DNA of 64,000 bases. Origin: an uncultured bacterium (lineage in GTDB: Bacteria; Patescibacteriota; Andersenbacteria; UBA10190; CAIZMI01). The position numbers and the translations under genes are program-made. The notes under the pieces are model-generated. The model saw nothing but the letters and a program-made list of their open reading frames with translations, did not search any database and was not told the origin of the DNA. The stretch is from NCBI GenBank assembly GCA_903934015.1, contig CAIZMI010000021.1:10868-74867 (forward strand), read 5' to 3'. Shown here one piece after another: positions 38,960-48,796 of the stretch; the stretch's first letter is position 1, and each line of letters begins with the position of its first letter.

Positions 38960-40471
38960 ATGTCCGCAATAGTTAGATCAGTTACACTTACCGGTTTAGA
39001 TGTTCATCCAGTTGATGTGGAAGTGGAGGTTTTGCCTGGGCTTCCGTCGGTAACAATCGTTGGTTTGCCGGATACTGCCGTAAAAGAGGCGAAGGAAAGG
39101 ATTGTCGCGGCGCTGGCAAATTCTGGTTTCGAACCACCCAGGCACCGAACGATTGTAAATTTAATGCCCGCCCACATTCGTAAGGTGGGACCACAGTTTG
39201 ATTTGCCGATTGCGTTGGCATTTTTGATGGCAACAGGACAATTGACTGCGCGGGTGGAACATTTTGTGTTTGTGGGCTCTTTGGGCTTAGATGGAAAATT
39301 GCAACCGATTTTGGGGACGGTGGCAATGGGAGACTATGTGAAAAATTTTGGTAAAGATATTCTGTTTGTTCCGAAAGAAAATGGTCGGGAAGCGGTTTTG
39401 GCCGGTGGTGAAGTAATTGCCGTGGAAAGTTTGCGGGCGATTGTGGAGCACTTAGAAAATCGATCACCGCTGGCACCGATAGTGAAAGATGAAGAAGAAG
39501 AAACCGTTGAATATTACATCGGGACAAATTTTAGGGAGATTGCCGGACAAGAGCATGCCAAACGGGCATTGGAAGTGGCAGCGGCGGGTGGTCATAACGT
39601 GCTTTTGCATGGTCCACCAGGATCGGGAAAGACTTTATTGGCACGCGCTTTTGCGGGCATTCTGCCACGACTAAGTAAGTCAGAAGCTTTTGAGGTTACA
39701 AAAATATACAGCATTAAAGGATTACTGTCGGCACAGGATGCTTTAATCAGCACGCGTCCTTTTCGTTCGCCACATCATTCCACGTCTGCTGTCGCTTTGA
39801 TTGGTGGCGGAAGTAATCCGCAACCGGGAGAGGTAACGCTGGCACATCGTGGGGTGTTGTTTTTGGACGAATTTGCGGAATTTCCGCGCACTGTGCTGGA
39901 TCATATGCGTGAACCGTTAGAAGAAGGTTTTGTGACCGTTAGTAGAGCGGCGGGCAGTCAAAGTTTCCCGGCAAGGTTTTCACTAGTCGCAGCAATGAAT
40001 CCTTGTCCGTGTGGTTACTACGGTGATTCCAATCGCACCTGTTCTTGTGGGGCGGGGGAAGTGGCAAAATATCAACGACGTGTTTCAGGGCCACTTTTGG
40101 ATCGTATTGATTTACATGTGCATGTGCCGGCCGTAAAAGCCGATATTGTTTTGGATCATTTTGAAGCGGAGCCGTCTGAAAAAATTCGGGAACGGATTGA
40201 GAAAGCTAGGACAAAACAACGACAGCGTTTTTCGGCAGAAAAAGCGAACGCGGAAATGAGCGGGGAACAGATTCGAAAATATTGTGAGTTGTCACCGGAA
40301 AGTCGAAACCTGTTAGCACGGGCCGCCGAAAGTTTACGTTTGAGTACTAGGGCAGTGCATCGAACAATCAAGGTTGCTCGTACGATCGCCGATTTGGCAA
40401 ATGAAGCGGATATATCATCAGCGCATCTGGCAGAAGCTTTACAGTATCGGACGCCGTTGGGAGAGAACTAA
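38960..40471 (+). CDS. comM: YifB/ComM-family Mg-chelatase-like AAA+ ATPase
   Basis: It has an N-terminal Lon-protease-like domain, Walker A GPPGSGKT and a ChlI-type AAA core. Confidence 0.85.
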   Translation: MSAIVRSVTLTGLDVHPVDVEVEVLPGLPSVTIVGLPDTAVKEAKERIVAALANSGFEPPRHRTIVNLMPAHIRKVGPQFDLPIALAFLMATGQLTARVEHFVFVGSLGLDGKLQPILGTVAMGDYVKNFGKDILFVPKENGREAVLAGGEVIAVESLRAIVEHLENRSPLAPIVKDEEEETVEYYIGTNFREIAGQEHAKRALEVAAAGGHNVLLHGPPGSGKTLLARAFAGILPRLSKSEAFEVTKIYSIKGLLSAQDALISTRPFRSPHHSTSAVALIGGGSNPQPGEVTLAHRGVLFLDEFAEFPRTVLDHMREPLEEGFVTVSRAAGSQSFPARFSLVAAMNPCPCGYYGDSNRTCSCGAGEVAKYQRRVSGPLLDRIDLHVHVPAVKADIVLDHFEAEPSEKIRERIEKARTKQRQRFSAEKANAEMSGEQIRKYCELSPESRNLLARAAESLRLSTRAVHRTIKVARTIADLANEADISSAHLAEALQYRTPLGEN

Positions 40472-41547
40472 ATTTTCAATGATCAATTTCCAATTTTGCA
40501 ATTAATTATCAATTTTTAATTTTCAAAACAGCTTCTTCTGAAAATTGAGGCTTGAACATTATTTGAAAATTGATAATTAGAAATTGAAAATTAGAAAGTG
40601 CTGGGGTTATAGTAAATCAAAACAATAAAATATGGCTAATAAAAGCTAAGAATTAGCAGTATTCATACTATACTATTGACAATTTCGTTTTTTTAGAGTA
40701 TACTTCAGAGTTATTTAATCGAAGGAATTAGGTGATTGAACCGCCCCTTTGACAATTGAATAATGAAGGTAGGATGCTAAAAAGATTTTTTGGCACTCCG
40801 CCCATGGCGGCACAGTCGGTTATCCGGTTGGTCGCCAGAGGCGGGGGGATAAAAAGGATTGCTGAGCATTGTCTGTCTGTAAGGATGGGCAAGGCGAAGC
40901 AATTTTCCCAAGTCCGATAGGAAGCGGGCAATAGGGGCGTGGTTTTAACTCAATCCACGATAAAAAATGGGCGTGGGGATTCATACTCTGGATCCCCACC
41001 ATACTTGAGTTTCTCACTTGTCCCAAAAGACTTGTCGGAAATTCAAGATTTGGTTAAAATCGTGGAAATACCCGGATCTGCCTCGGGTGTACATTCTTTT
41101 TTCAGACCGTATTTCGCCTGGTTAGGTGAAAGGCAGAACGGTCAGCAACGCCAGAGGGAAAGGACCTACCAAATGGCGCGTGGCAATATTTCTGAAATGC
41201 CCCCTGTCGAGCCGGGGCGACAAGTTTCAGCTCGAGTGTTTTGTATCGGGGGTTGCGTCAGGCGTGTCGGGAATAAGGAAGCCGAAAAGCCCGCCGTTGC
41301 TGATGACGCCGGAGGCGACGACACCACCTTCACCACGGACGGCCAGGTCGACGCGACCATTAACGCGTCGTCCGCCCAGTCGACCTCGGTCGACGAAGAG
41401 TCGAAAGGGTGGGTCTGGAAACCCACTCGGACGGCGGCCATGGAGCACGCCGAACGACACACCAAACCGCGTCGGTGGGTGCGCGTCGGCTCCGGCGCGT
41501 CGACTGGTGCCATCGGCACCGGATGTCGTCGCTAGCCGACCGTCGCT

Positions 41548-41620
41548 GTCATTCCTGGCCATGACCAGGAATCAGCGACGACCGCGATGACTGGCTCCTG
41601 CTCGTGGGCAGGAGCGACAA
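41548..41620 (+). repeat. repeat family B two-hairpin element
   Basis: gtcattcctggccatgaccaggaatcagcgacg...ggctcctgctcgtgggcaggagcgaca. A direct repeat of the same element lies at 43094..43200. Confidence 0.7.
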
Positions 41621-42230
41621 TAAAAAAACCGAAGCGATCGAGTCAATGGACTCTTTCGCTTCGGGATTCACAAATGGTAACGAGAGGAATATTATTTCGT
41701 TATCGGTTGTGTGTTTTTTTCAAAGTTCGCTGTTTCGAAATGGCCACGAAAAGGACGCGTTTCGTGGTTCAAGACAGGGTGCGTCAGGGAGGGGATGGCT
41801 ATGTGTTGGATGGATCAGGTTCAGGAGGCGGTGGTACTGGAGACGGAAGAAATCCATCGGTGTCCTGGTCGAAGGGTGGGCTGGAAGCCTCATCCGGTTC
41901 GTGATGTTCTCGGACATCCGGTTAATCGCAGGGTTCTTCGTGCGGTTGAACGCCAGGTTGAAAAGGAATTCGGCCTGCCTTGTTCGTCGCAAAAAGTGCG
42001 ACCACGGTAGTGTTCCGATGGTCGAGGAATTTTTTCACCCCACACACAGTTTTACTGGATCGTGTGGGGTACATCTCTCGGTTTGGCAAGAAGTACTTAC
42101 TGGCTCGAGAAGATGTGCAAAATAAAATACAAAGGAATAAGATAAAGCGTATGGGGGAGTAGTTCTTTTAGAACTGAACCCTTTTCAAGTTTCGTAACTG
42201 GTGCAAAACTCCAAAGAAAGGAGGCTTGTC

Positions 42231-42659
42231 ATGTCACCGGCTCAAAAGTTTTATGAATGGTTGGAGGTTGTTCTTAACAGTATCGATGTTGGACAGGTGT
42301 TCCTGATTCACAGGGAGGAATCTAATGTTGTCTTTGCATCCACCGGTGAGGTGTTGAACATCCCCAGACTCGTTGTTGCCTGTGATGAGATCCCAGAAGA
42401 CATGGAAGTTATTGTTGGTGGTATTTCACAAGTTTTCGACGAGTTTGATTCACAGCTGTGGGCCAATGAGAGGCATGGGGAGTATCTTATTGGGTGGGCC
42501 CGACCGCTAAACATCACGAGACAAGGAAAGTCGTTAGTTTTCTCGACTGGAGAGCCTAAAGATATTCCATGGATGCGGGGGGTTCCATGCGGGTACCATA
42601 ATGAGACTCAAGAATGGAATGTCAGGAGGAAACTCGCGGAATTGGATGGTTGTTATTAG
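42231..42659 (+). CDS. hypothetical protein
   Basis: An ATG lies 6 nt after an AAGGAGG SD, and the ORF is not embedded in overlapping frames. It lies between the two family B repeat copies. Confidence 0.45.
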   Translation: MSPAQKFYEWLEVVLNSIDVGQVFLIHREESNVVFASTGEVLNIPRLVVACDEIPEDMEVIVGGISQVFDEFDSQLWANERHGEYLIGWARPLNITRQGKSLVFSTGEPKDIPWMRGVPCGYHNETQEWNVRRKLAELDGCY

Positions 42660-43093
42660 GACGAGGCTTGTTTGAGCGCAAAGCGTCATTGGGACGCTTT
42701 GCGCGAAGAAAAACGAGTATCATAATCTCGTCCACTTACCAGTAATCGCAAAAACATTGTGATCACTGGTAAGGAGAAAAAATGAAAAAACAATAAGTGG
42801 CTTACCACTTATCGAATATAGTGTTTTGTGTTTTTTTGTTTCACTACCTGGTTCGTAGCGAGTTTGGGTAGAAGCTTTTTTTTTAGGAGGGTAAGGACGT
42901 GGATATGGGGCATATTGCTTTGGTGTTTGTGACTGCAGTGGTGGCGTTTTTTTGGGGTCGGTTTAACTGCAATCCAACCATCTGGAGTTAGTGATTGGCG
43001 GAAATGGGAGTGGTCCGCCATTATTTGTCGAGAGTTGGTCTAATAGGCCAGCTCTTTTTTATTTCATCTTTAAAAAAATATTCTTATAAGTCC

Positions 43094-43200
43094 GTCATTC
43101 CTGGCTCATTGTCCCGCGTAGCCTTGTGTGAAGTGGGAGTGACCAGGAATCACCGACGATCGTAACGACGGGCTCCTGCTCGTAGGCAGGATCGACACGG
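43094..43200 (+). repeat. repeat family B two-hairpin element
   Basis: gtcattcctggctc...gagtgaccaggaatcaccgacg...gggctcctgctcgtaggcaggatcgacacgg. Confidence 0.7.
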
Positions 43201-43244
43201 TTTTATATTACACGCGTTTTCCGTGCTTGTGCTATTCTTAGCTA

Positions 43245-44117
43245 GTGACAAACAACGACATAAACATAGTAAATTTTGCCAACAAGGCGCCAAATTTTGC
43301 CAAGTTAGCAAATCAAACACAAGAAAAGGAAAATGTTAAAGGATCTTTCCCAGTGCCTTCCGAGCGGTTTTTATCAATGACGGCGCATGAGATGCAGGTA
43401 CCAATCACTTCTCTTTCGTGGAATATGGAAAGACTGGTTAAAGTGTTGGGAGAAGATGCGGTAAAACCTGATGTGGCAAAAATTTTAAAACGAATAAGCG
43501 AGGCGGATACGCGCCTGGTTACTTTAGTGGAAGATTTGTTGAATGTTGCCAAGATGCAAGAAGGTGCATTCTTAGTTGCAAAACGTCCGATGCAGTTAGT
43601 GGAAGTGGTGAGAAGGGCATTGCGTACCAATGAGCGCGAGGCCTTGAAACGGGGAGTCGTGGTAAAATGGTCGGCAGATTCGGCGCAGATTCCTTTGACA
43701 ATTGGTGATCCGGAAAGGATCTATCAAGTGACCGTGAATATTTTGAGTAATGCGGTGAAATACACGCCTCGCGGTGGAACAGTAACAGTTACCGTAAGGA
43801 AAACGCAGGAGATTGCGCCCGCGACTGTTGCGCATGGTATTCCTGATAATAAAATAAAAGCCGATTATGTTATGTGCAGTGTTGAGGATACCGGTATCGG
43901 CATTGCTAAAGATGAACAACAAAATATTTTTACGCAGTTTTTTCGCGGTCAAAAAGCGGTGGCAACCGATGAGAGCGGGACTGGACTGGGACTATTTTTA
44001 GTAAAAAGAATTATTGAACAGCACGACGGCGCAATTTGGTTTTCATCACGTGAAGGGTATGGGTCGACATTTTTCTATACTCTGCCCGTAATGGATCCAT
44101 ATGAAGATAATAAATAA
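43245..44117 (+). CDS. sensor histidine kinase (HisKA plus HATPase_c, no TM helices)
   Basis: The H-box MTAHEMQVPITSL and N/G boxes (ILSNAVKYTPRGG; DTGIGI; GTGLGL) are present. Confidence 0.8.
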   Translation: MTNNDINIVNFANKAPNFAKLANQTQEKENVKGSFPVPSERFLSMTAHEMQVPITSLSWNMERLVKVLGEDAVKPDVAKILKRISEADTRLVTLVEDLLNVAKMQEGAFLVAKRPMQLVEVVRRALRTNEREALKRGVVVKWSADSAQIPLTIGDPERIYQVTVNILSNAVKYTPRGGTVTVTVRKTQEIAPATVAHGIPDNKIKADYVMCSVEDTGIGIAKDEQQNIFTQFFRGQKAVATDESGTGLGLFLVKRIIEQHDGAIWFSSREGYGSTFFYTLPVMDPYEDNK

Positions 44118-44119
44118 CA

Positions 44120-44506
44120 ATGTCAAAAATTCTGATAGTTGAAAGCGAACAAGCGTTACTTTCCACGTTGTGTGAAGAGTTGGAGGAACGTGGTTTTGAT
44201 GTGGATCCGGCCACCAATGGCGGGGAGGCGTTGCGTAAGTTGCATGTTCGTCCGGATGTGATTGTTTTGGACGGTATTTTGACTGATATAGACGGGTTGA
44301 CTTTACTCGCCCAGATTAAAAGCGACCAAGACTTAAAGAATGTGCCGATAGTATTTTTGCTGGAATCCGGTGACGAATCGAAGGCACACGCCGCCGCAGA
44401 GCTGGGAGTTTCCAAAAGTATTATCAAGACAAGTTATGGTTTGGGTGGTTTGTGTGATTTGATCGAAAAATATTTACCGCAGAAGAAAAAGATTCGGTAC
44501 GTTTAG
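44120..44506 (+). CDS. response regulator receiver protein (stand-alone REC)
   Basis: REC motifs are ILIVESE...DVIVLDGILTDIDG...KSI. Confidence 0.7.
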   Translation: MSKILIVESEQALLSTLCEELEERGFDVDPATNGGEALRKLHVRPDVIVLDGILTDIDGLTLLAQIKSDQDLKNVPIVFLLESGDESKAHAAAELGVSKSIIKTSYGLGGLCDLIEKYLPQKKKIRYV

Positions 44507-44572
44507 GGTGAATTTTATTGTCTTTCTAATTTGCGATTTGACGTGTACAATACGATGTAGTAGAGTAGTCGT

Positions 44573-45151
44573 ATGTTTATAAAAGACATCGCAGAAGTTC
44601 AAGCCGGATTTGCTTTCCGTGAAGCCATTGTACCGAATCGTGAAGGAAATATTTGCGTTTTTCAGGCCAAGGATCTAGTTCAGGGGGTGCCTTTTACTAA
44701 TACTGCTTCTTTGATAAAAGTTTCCCTAGAATTGCCGGAATATGTTGGCCATCTTAGAAAAAATGACGTTCTTTTGGTTGCGCGGGGCATGAAAGCCGGA
44801 ACATTTCGTTCAACGGTCTTCAATACTGACGAAGTCAACGTGATTGCTTCTTCCTCTGTGCACATTATTCGCATTACCGCTAACGACGTTATTCCCGAAT
44901 ATGTTTCGCACTACTTGAATTGCAAGGATGGCCAGAATGCTATTTCGGAAATCTTATCCGGGGCGCATATTGGGGTAATACCGCGGAAAGAGTTGGAAAA
45001 TATGAAAATCCCGATACCGGTTATTGGTAAACAGAAATCAATAGTTAACTTAATGAATAATATGCGCGAGCAACAGCGAATAGTGGAAAAAAGAAACGCC
45101 TTGAAACAAGAAATTATCGATGGAACTTTTAGAAATCTAACCACCAAATAA
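44573..45151 (+). CDS. hsdS: type I restriction-modification specificity subunit, half-size (single target-recognition domain)
   Basis: One TRD is followed by a conserved C-terminal helical repeat (KQKSIVNLMNNMREQQRIVEKRNALKQEIID). At 192 aa it is about half a canonical HsdS. Confidence 0.7.
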   Translation: MFIKDIAEVQAGFAFREAIVPNREGNICVFQAKDLVQGVPFTNTASLIKVSLELPEYVGHLRKNDVLLVARGMKAGTFRSTVFNTDEVNVIASSSVHIIRITANDVIPEYVSHYLNCKDGQNAISEILSGAHIGVIPRKELENMKIPIPVIGKQKSIVNLMNNMREQQRIVEKRNALKQEIIDGTFRNLTTK

Positions 45152-45156
45152 AAATT

Positions 45157-46671
45157 ATGACTAATCCAACAAAATTCAATCAAGAAGATCTTAATAAAAC
45201 GCTCTGGGCGGCGGCGGACTCTTCGCGTAGTCAGTTGGCAGCGGAGGTATACAAAGATTATGTATTACCGATGTTGTTTTTGAAATACATCAGTGATTTA
45301 AACAAGAAACGGCGCGCCGAATATAAAGAACGTTTTGGCGCCGATGAAAAACGTATTGATGAAAAAATGAAACTGGATCGCTTTTATTTGCCGCCAAAAT
45401 CTTCGTTTGATTACATTTACGGCAAAATTGAGGAAGATAATATCGGAGAAGAAATTAACAAGGTTCTTGATCGCATTGAGGAAGCAAATAAAGAGAAACT
45501 CGACGGCGTATTCAGTGTTGATTTCAACTCGGAATCCGTTTTGGGAAAAATTGATCAACGCAACAAAATGTTGCGCCATCTAATTCAGGACTTTGCAAAA
45601 ATCGATTTGGCGGACGTTGGTGATGATATTATCGGCAATTCGTATATGTATATGATCGAGCGTTTTGGCGCCGATGCTGGTAAGAAGGCGGGCGAATTTT
45701 TTACCATGAGATCGGTAGCAAAACTGGTGGCAATGTTGGCCGAACCGCAAAAGGGCGACAGGATTGCGGACCCGGCCTGCGGATCAGGTGGCCTGCTTTT
45801 ATTGGCCGGTGAAGAAGTGGAGAAAAAAGGATCCAAGAATTACGCGCTTTATGGGCAGGAATCAACAGGCTCCACGTATCAGCTAGCACGGATCAATATG
45901 TTTCTTCATGGCAAGGATTCGGCGCGACTTGAATGGGGTGACACGCTGAATAATCCATTACTTGTGGAAAACGACCAATTGATGCATTTCGACGTGGTTG
46001 TTGCCAACCCGCCATTTTCCTTGAAAAAATGGGGTGCTGAACATGCAGGAGAAGATAAGTACAATCGCTTTTGGCGTGGTGTTCCTCCCAAGGATAAAGG
46101 TGATTACGCGTTTGTTACCCATATGGTGGAAACCGCCAAACCAAAAACCGGGCGCGTGGCGGTGATCGTACCGCACGGTGTTTTGTTTCGCGGGGGCGCG
46201 GAAGGTAGTATTCGCGAGCAATTTTTGAAGGAAAATATCATTGATACGGTGATTGGGCTTCCGGCGGGGCTGTTTCAAACAACGGGTATTCCGGTGGCGA
46301 TTCTGGTGATTGATCGGTCGCGCGAAAAGGGCGGAGCCAATGAAAACAAAAAAGATGTATTGTTTATCGAGGCCTCAAAAGAATTTAAGCCAGCGAAAGC
46401 CAAAAATATCTTAACCGAGGAAAACATTACGAAAATATTTGATACCTATAAACAACGTAAAAACGTCAAAAAGTTTTCCCGCAAAGTAAATTTTAAGGAA
46501 ATCGAAGAAAACGATTTCAATTTAAATATCACTCGCTACGTTGATACGTTTGAAGAAGAAGAGCCGATTGATATTAAGGCAAATCTAAAAGAATTGGAAA
46601 AGCTTGAACCGGAATTGAAAAAACTGGAAAAACAAATGGTGGAGTATTTAAAGGAATTGGGAATTAATTAA
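45157..46671 (+). CDS. hsdM: type I restriction-modification DNA methyltransferase subunit M (N6-adenine)
   Basis: An HsdM N-terminal domain, the SAM-binding motif DPACGSGGLL and the catalytic motif VVANPPFS are present. Confidence 0.9.
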   Translation: MTNPTKFNQEDLNKTLWAAADSSRSQLAAEVYKDYVLPMLFLKYISDLNKKRRAEYKERFGADEKRIDEKMKLDRFYLPPKSSFDYIYGKIEEDNIGEEINKVLDRIEEANKEKLDGVFSVDFNSESVLGKIDQRNKMLRHLIQDFAKIDLADVGDDIIGNSYMYMIERFGADAGKKAGEFFTMRSVAKLVAMLAEPQKGDRIADPACGSGGLLLLAGEEVEKKGSKNYALYGQESTGSTYQLARINMFLHGKDSARLEWGDTLNNPLLVENDQLMHFDVVVANPPFSLKKWGAEHAGEDKYNRFWRGVPPKDKGDYAFVTHMVETAKPKTGRVAVIVPHGVLFRGGAEGSIREQFLKENIIDTVIGLPAGLFQTTGIPVAILVIDRSREKGGANENKKDVLFIEASKEFKPAKAKNILTEENITKIFDTYKQRKNVKKFSRKVNFKEIEENDFNLNITRYVDTFEEEEPIDIKANLKELEKLEPELKKLEKQMVEYLKELGIN

Positions 46672-46763
46672 AAGTAGTTTTATGGAAATAATTTTTACGC
46701 GATCAACATCAAATAATACTTTGTATGAGGTTCTTGAAAAATTGAAGCTGTTAAAATCGGTAT

Positions 46764-47963
46764 ATGAAAGCTAAGCAGGTAAAAAAAAATGGTTGTGATG
46801 GATGGTTGATAATAAAACTTGGTGATCTTGCTGTGATTAGTCGTGGTGGATCTCCTCGACCCATAGAGTCTTATATAACTGATGATAAAAATGGTCTTAA
46901 TTGGCTTAGGATTGGTGATATAAAACTGGGTGCTAAATATGTATATGGGACTAGTCAAAAAATAAAAAAAGAAGGACTATCAAAAACGACTCTGGTTGAG
47001 AGTGGTGACTTCATTCTCTCCAATTCAATGAGCTTTGGTCGTCCTTACATTATGAAAATAAGTGCATGCATTCATGATGGTTGGCTTGCACTTAGAAAGA
47101 TTAAAACTGATCTGGTTAGCAAGGAGTTTTTGTACTATTTATTATCGTCAAAAAAGATTCAGAACGATTTTGTGTCTATTTCTGCTGGGTCAGGTGTTCA
47201 GAATTTAAAAAAAGATACAGTGTCTACTGTTGCAGTAAAAATACCATTGGTTGATGAGCAGAACAGCATTGTCGCCGTCTTGGAAACATGGGATGAAGCG
47301 ATTGAAAAACTAACTAAAAAAATTGAAATTAAGAAGGCAATTAAAAAAGGATTGATGCAGGAATTGCTTAAGGGAAAAACTCGGTTGTCTGGGTTTAAGG
47401 ATAAATGGGAAGTTAAAAAACTAGGGGATGTGTGTGATATTGGCACTGGGAGTAAAAACAATCAAGATAAAATCAGCAATGGGGTTTATCCTTTTTATGT
47501 AAGGTCTCCTATTATCGAGCGAATTAACTCATATTCGTACGATGGAGAAGCAATACTAATTCCAGGGGAAGGAAATATTGGGAAAATATTTCATTATATA
47601 AATGGCAGATTTGATTTTCATCAGCGTGTGTATAAAATTAGTGACTTTAAATTAAACGTACTTGGTAAGTATCTCTATTACTATTTGGTTAAGCACTTTT
47701 CGAAAGCAACAAAATCAGATTCAGTTAAGGCGACAGTTGATTCTTTGCGTTTGCCCACCTTCACTAAATTTCAGGTTCAAATTCCAGCCTTAGCGGAACA
47801 AAAAGCAATTGTCGAAATTCTTGATGTTGCAAATGAGGAAGTAAAAAAATTACAAAAACAACTCACAATCCTTAAAGATCAAAAAAAGTTTCTGCTGAAC
47901 AATCTAATCACGGGCGCGATTCGCACGCCTGAAAAATTTAGCATTAAAACAACAAAGCGATGA
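46764..47963 (+). CDS. hsdS: type I restriction-modification specificity subunit S (two target-recognition domains)
   Basis: Two TRDs are separated and followed by conserved coiled-coil repeats (SIVAVLETWDEAIEKL...; KAIVEILDVANEEVKKLQKQL). Confidence 0.85.
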   Translation: MKAKQVKKNGCDGWLIIKLGDLAVISRGGSPRPIESYITDDKNGLNWLRIGDIKLGAKYVYGTSQKIKKEGLSKTTLVESGDFILSNSMSFGRPYIMKISACIHDGWLALRKIKTDLVSKEFLYYLLSSKKIQNDFVSISAGSGVQNLKKDTVSTVAVKIPLVDEQNSIVAVLETWDEAIEKLTKKIEIKKAIKKGLMQELLKGKTRLSGFKDKWEVKKLGDVCDIGTGSKNNQDKISNGVYPFYVRSPIIERINSYSYDGEAILIPGEGNIGKIFHYINGRFDFHQRVYKISDFKLNVLGKYLYYYLVKHFSKATKSDSVKATVDSLRLPTFTKFQVQIPALAEQKAIVEILDVANEEVKKLQKQLTILKDQKKFLLNNLITGAIRTPEKFSIKTTKR

Positions 47964-48796
47964 ACAAAAAACAAGTGGACAGCACAAAGATCACCATTTT
48001 CGAGGAAAAAGAAGTGCGTCGAGTTTGGCACAACGAACAGTGGTATTTTGTTATTACCGACGTAATTCAGATTCTTACGGACTCCATTAATGCGAGTGAT
48101 TATCTTAAAAAGATGAGAATTCGTGATGAAGAGCTTTCCAAAGGGTGGGGACAAATTGTCACCCCCCTTCAGATTGAAACAAAAGGAGGAAAACAGACGA
48201 TAAATTGTGCCGATACTGAAGGGATTTTTCGCATTATTCAGTCAATTTCTTCTCCCAAGGCGGAGCCGTTCAAACGTTGGCTGGCCAGGGTAGGAAAAGA
48301 GCGCATCGAAGAAATTGCCGATCCTGAACTGGCTGTCACAAGGGCGAAGGAAATTTATGACAAGAAGGGTTATCCAAAGGATTGGGTTGATAAGCGAATA
48401 CGCGGTATTGCCGTTAGAAATACGTTAACTGATGAGTGGAAGCAAAGAGGTGTAATAAAGGGTCTTGAGTTTGCGATCTTAACCGATGAAATATATAAAG
48501 CAACTTTTGAAAAAACCGCCAAAGAATACATGGAACATAAGGGGCTTGATAAAAAAGCGGGTGATAATTTGCGCGATCATATGGGTGATATCGAATTGAT
48601 TTTAACAATGCTGGGTGAGGCGACGACGACAAAAGTCACGACGGAGAAAGATTCCAAGGGCTTGGAAGCGTTAAAAAAGGATGCGCAGGTTGGTGGTGGT
48701 ATCGCGGGACGAACGCGGAAAGACATTGAAGAAAAAACGGGAAAGAAAGTGGTATCAAGCGATAATTTTAAAAATTTGAAGCTTTTAAAGAAATGA
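47960..48796 (+). CDS. Bro-N/DinD-like (DNA-damage-inducible protein D family) protein embedded in the RM operon
   Basis: The N-terminus (FEEKEVRRVWHNEQWYFVITDVIQILT) resembles the Bro-N/KilA-N fold of DinD. Translational coupling on both sides is consistent with its membership in the hsd operon. Confidence 0.5.
   Translation: MNKKQVDSTKITIFEEKEVRRVWHNEQWYFVITDVIQILTDSINASDYLKKMRIRDEELSKGWGQIVTPLQIETKGGKQTINCADTEGIFRIIQSISSPKAEPFKRWLARVGKERIEEIADPELAVTRAKEIYDKKGYPKDWVDKRIRGIAVRNTLTDEWKQRGVIKGLEFAILTDEIYKATFEKTAKEYMEHKGLDKKAGDNLRDHMGDIELILTMLGEATTTKVTTEKDSKGLEALKKDAQVGGGIAGRTRKDIEEKTGKKVVSSDNFKNLKLLKK

Noticed and set aside
40939-42125. ORFs 40939..41535, 41126..41590, 41166..41519(-), 41227..41562(-), 41604..42125, 41711..42010
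   Set aside because: They overlap each other on both strands in a GC-rich patch, and their translations are low-complexity and Arg/Gly-rich. I treat the region as non-coding or uncertain and not as genes.
44011-44427. 138-aa minus-strand ORF
   Set aside because: It is antisense to, and fully overlaps, the well-supported histidine kinase and response regulator genes, so it is spurious.
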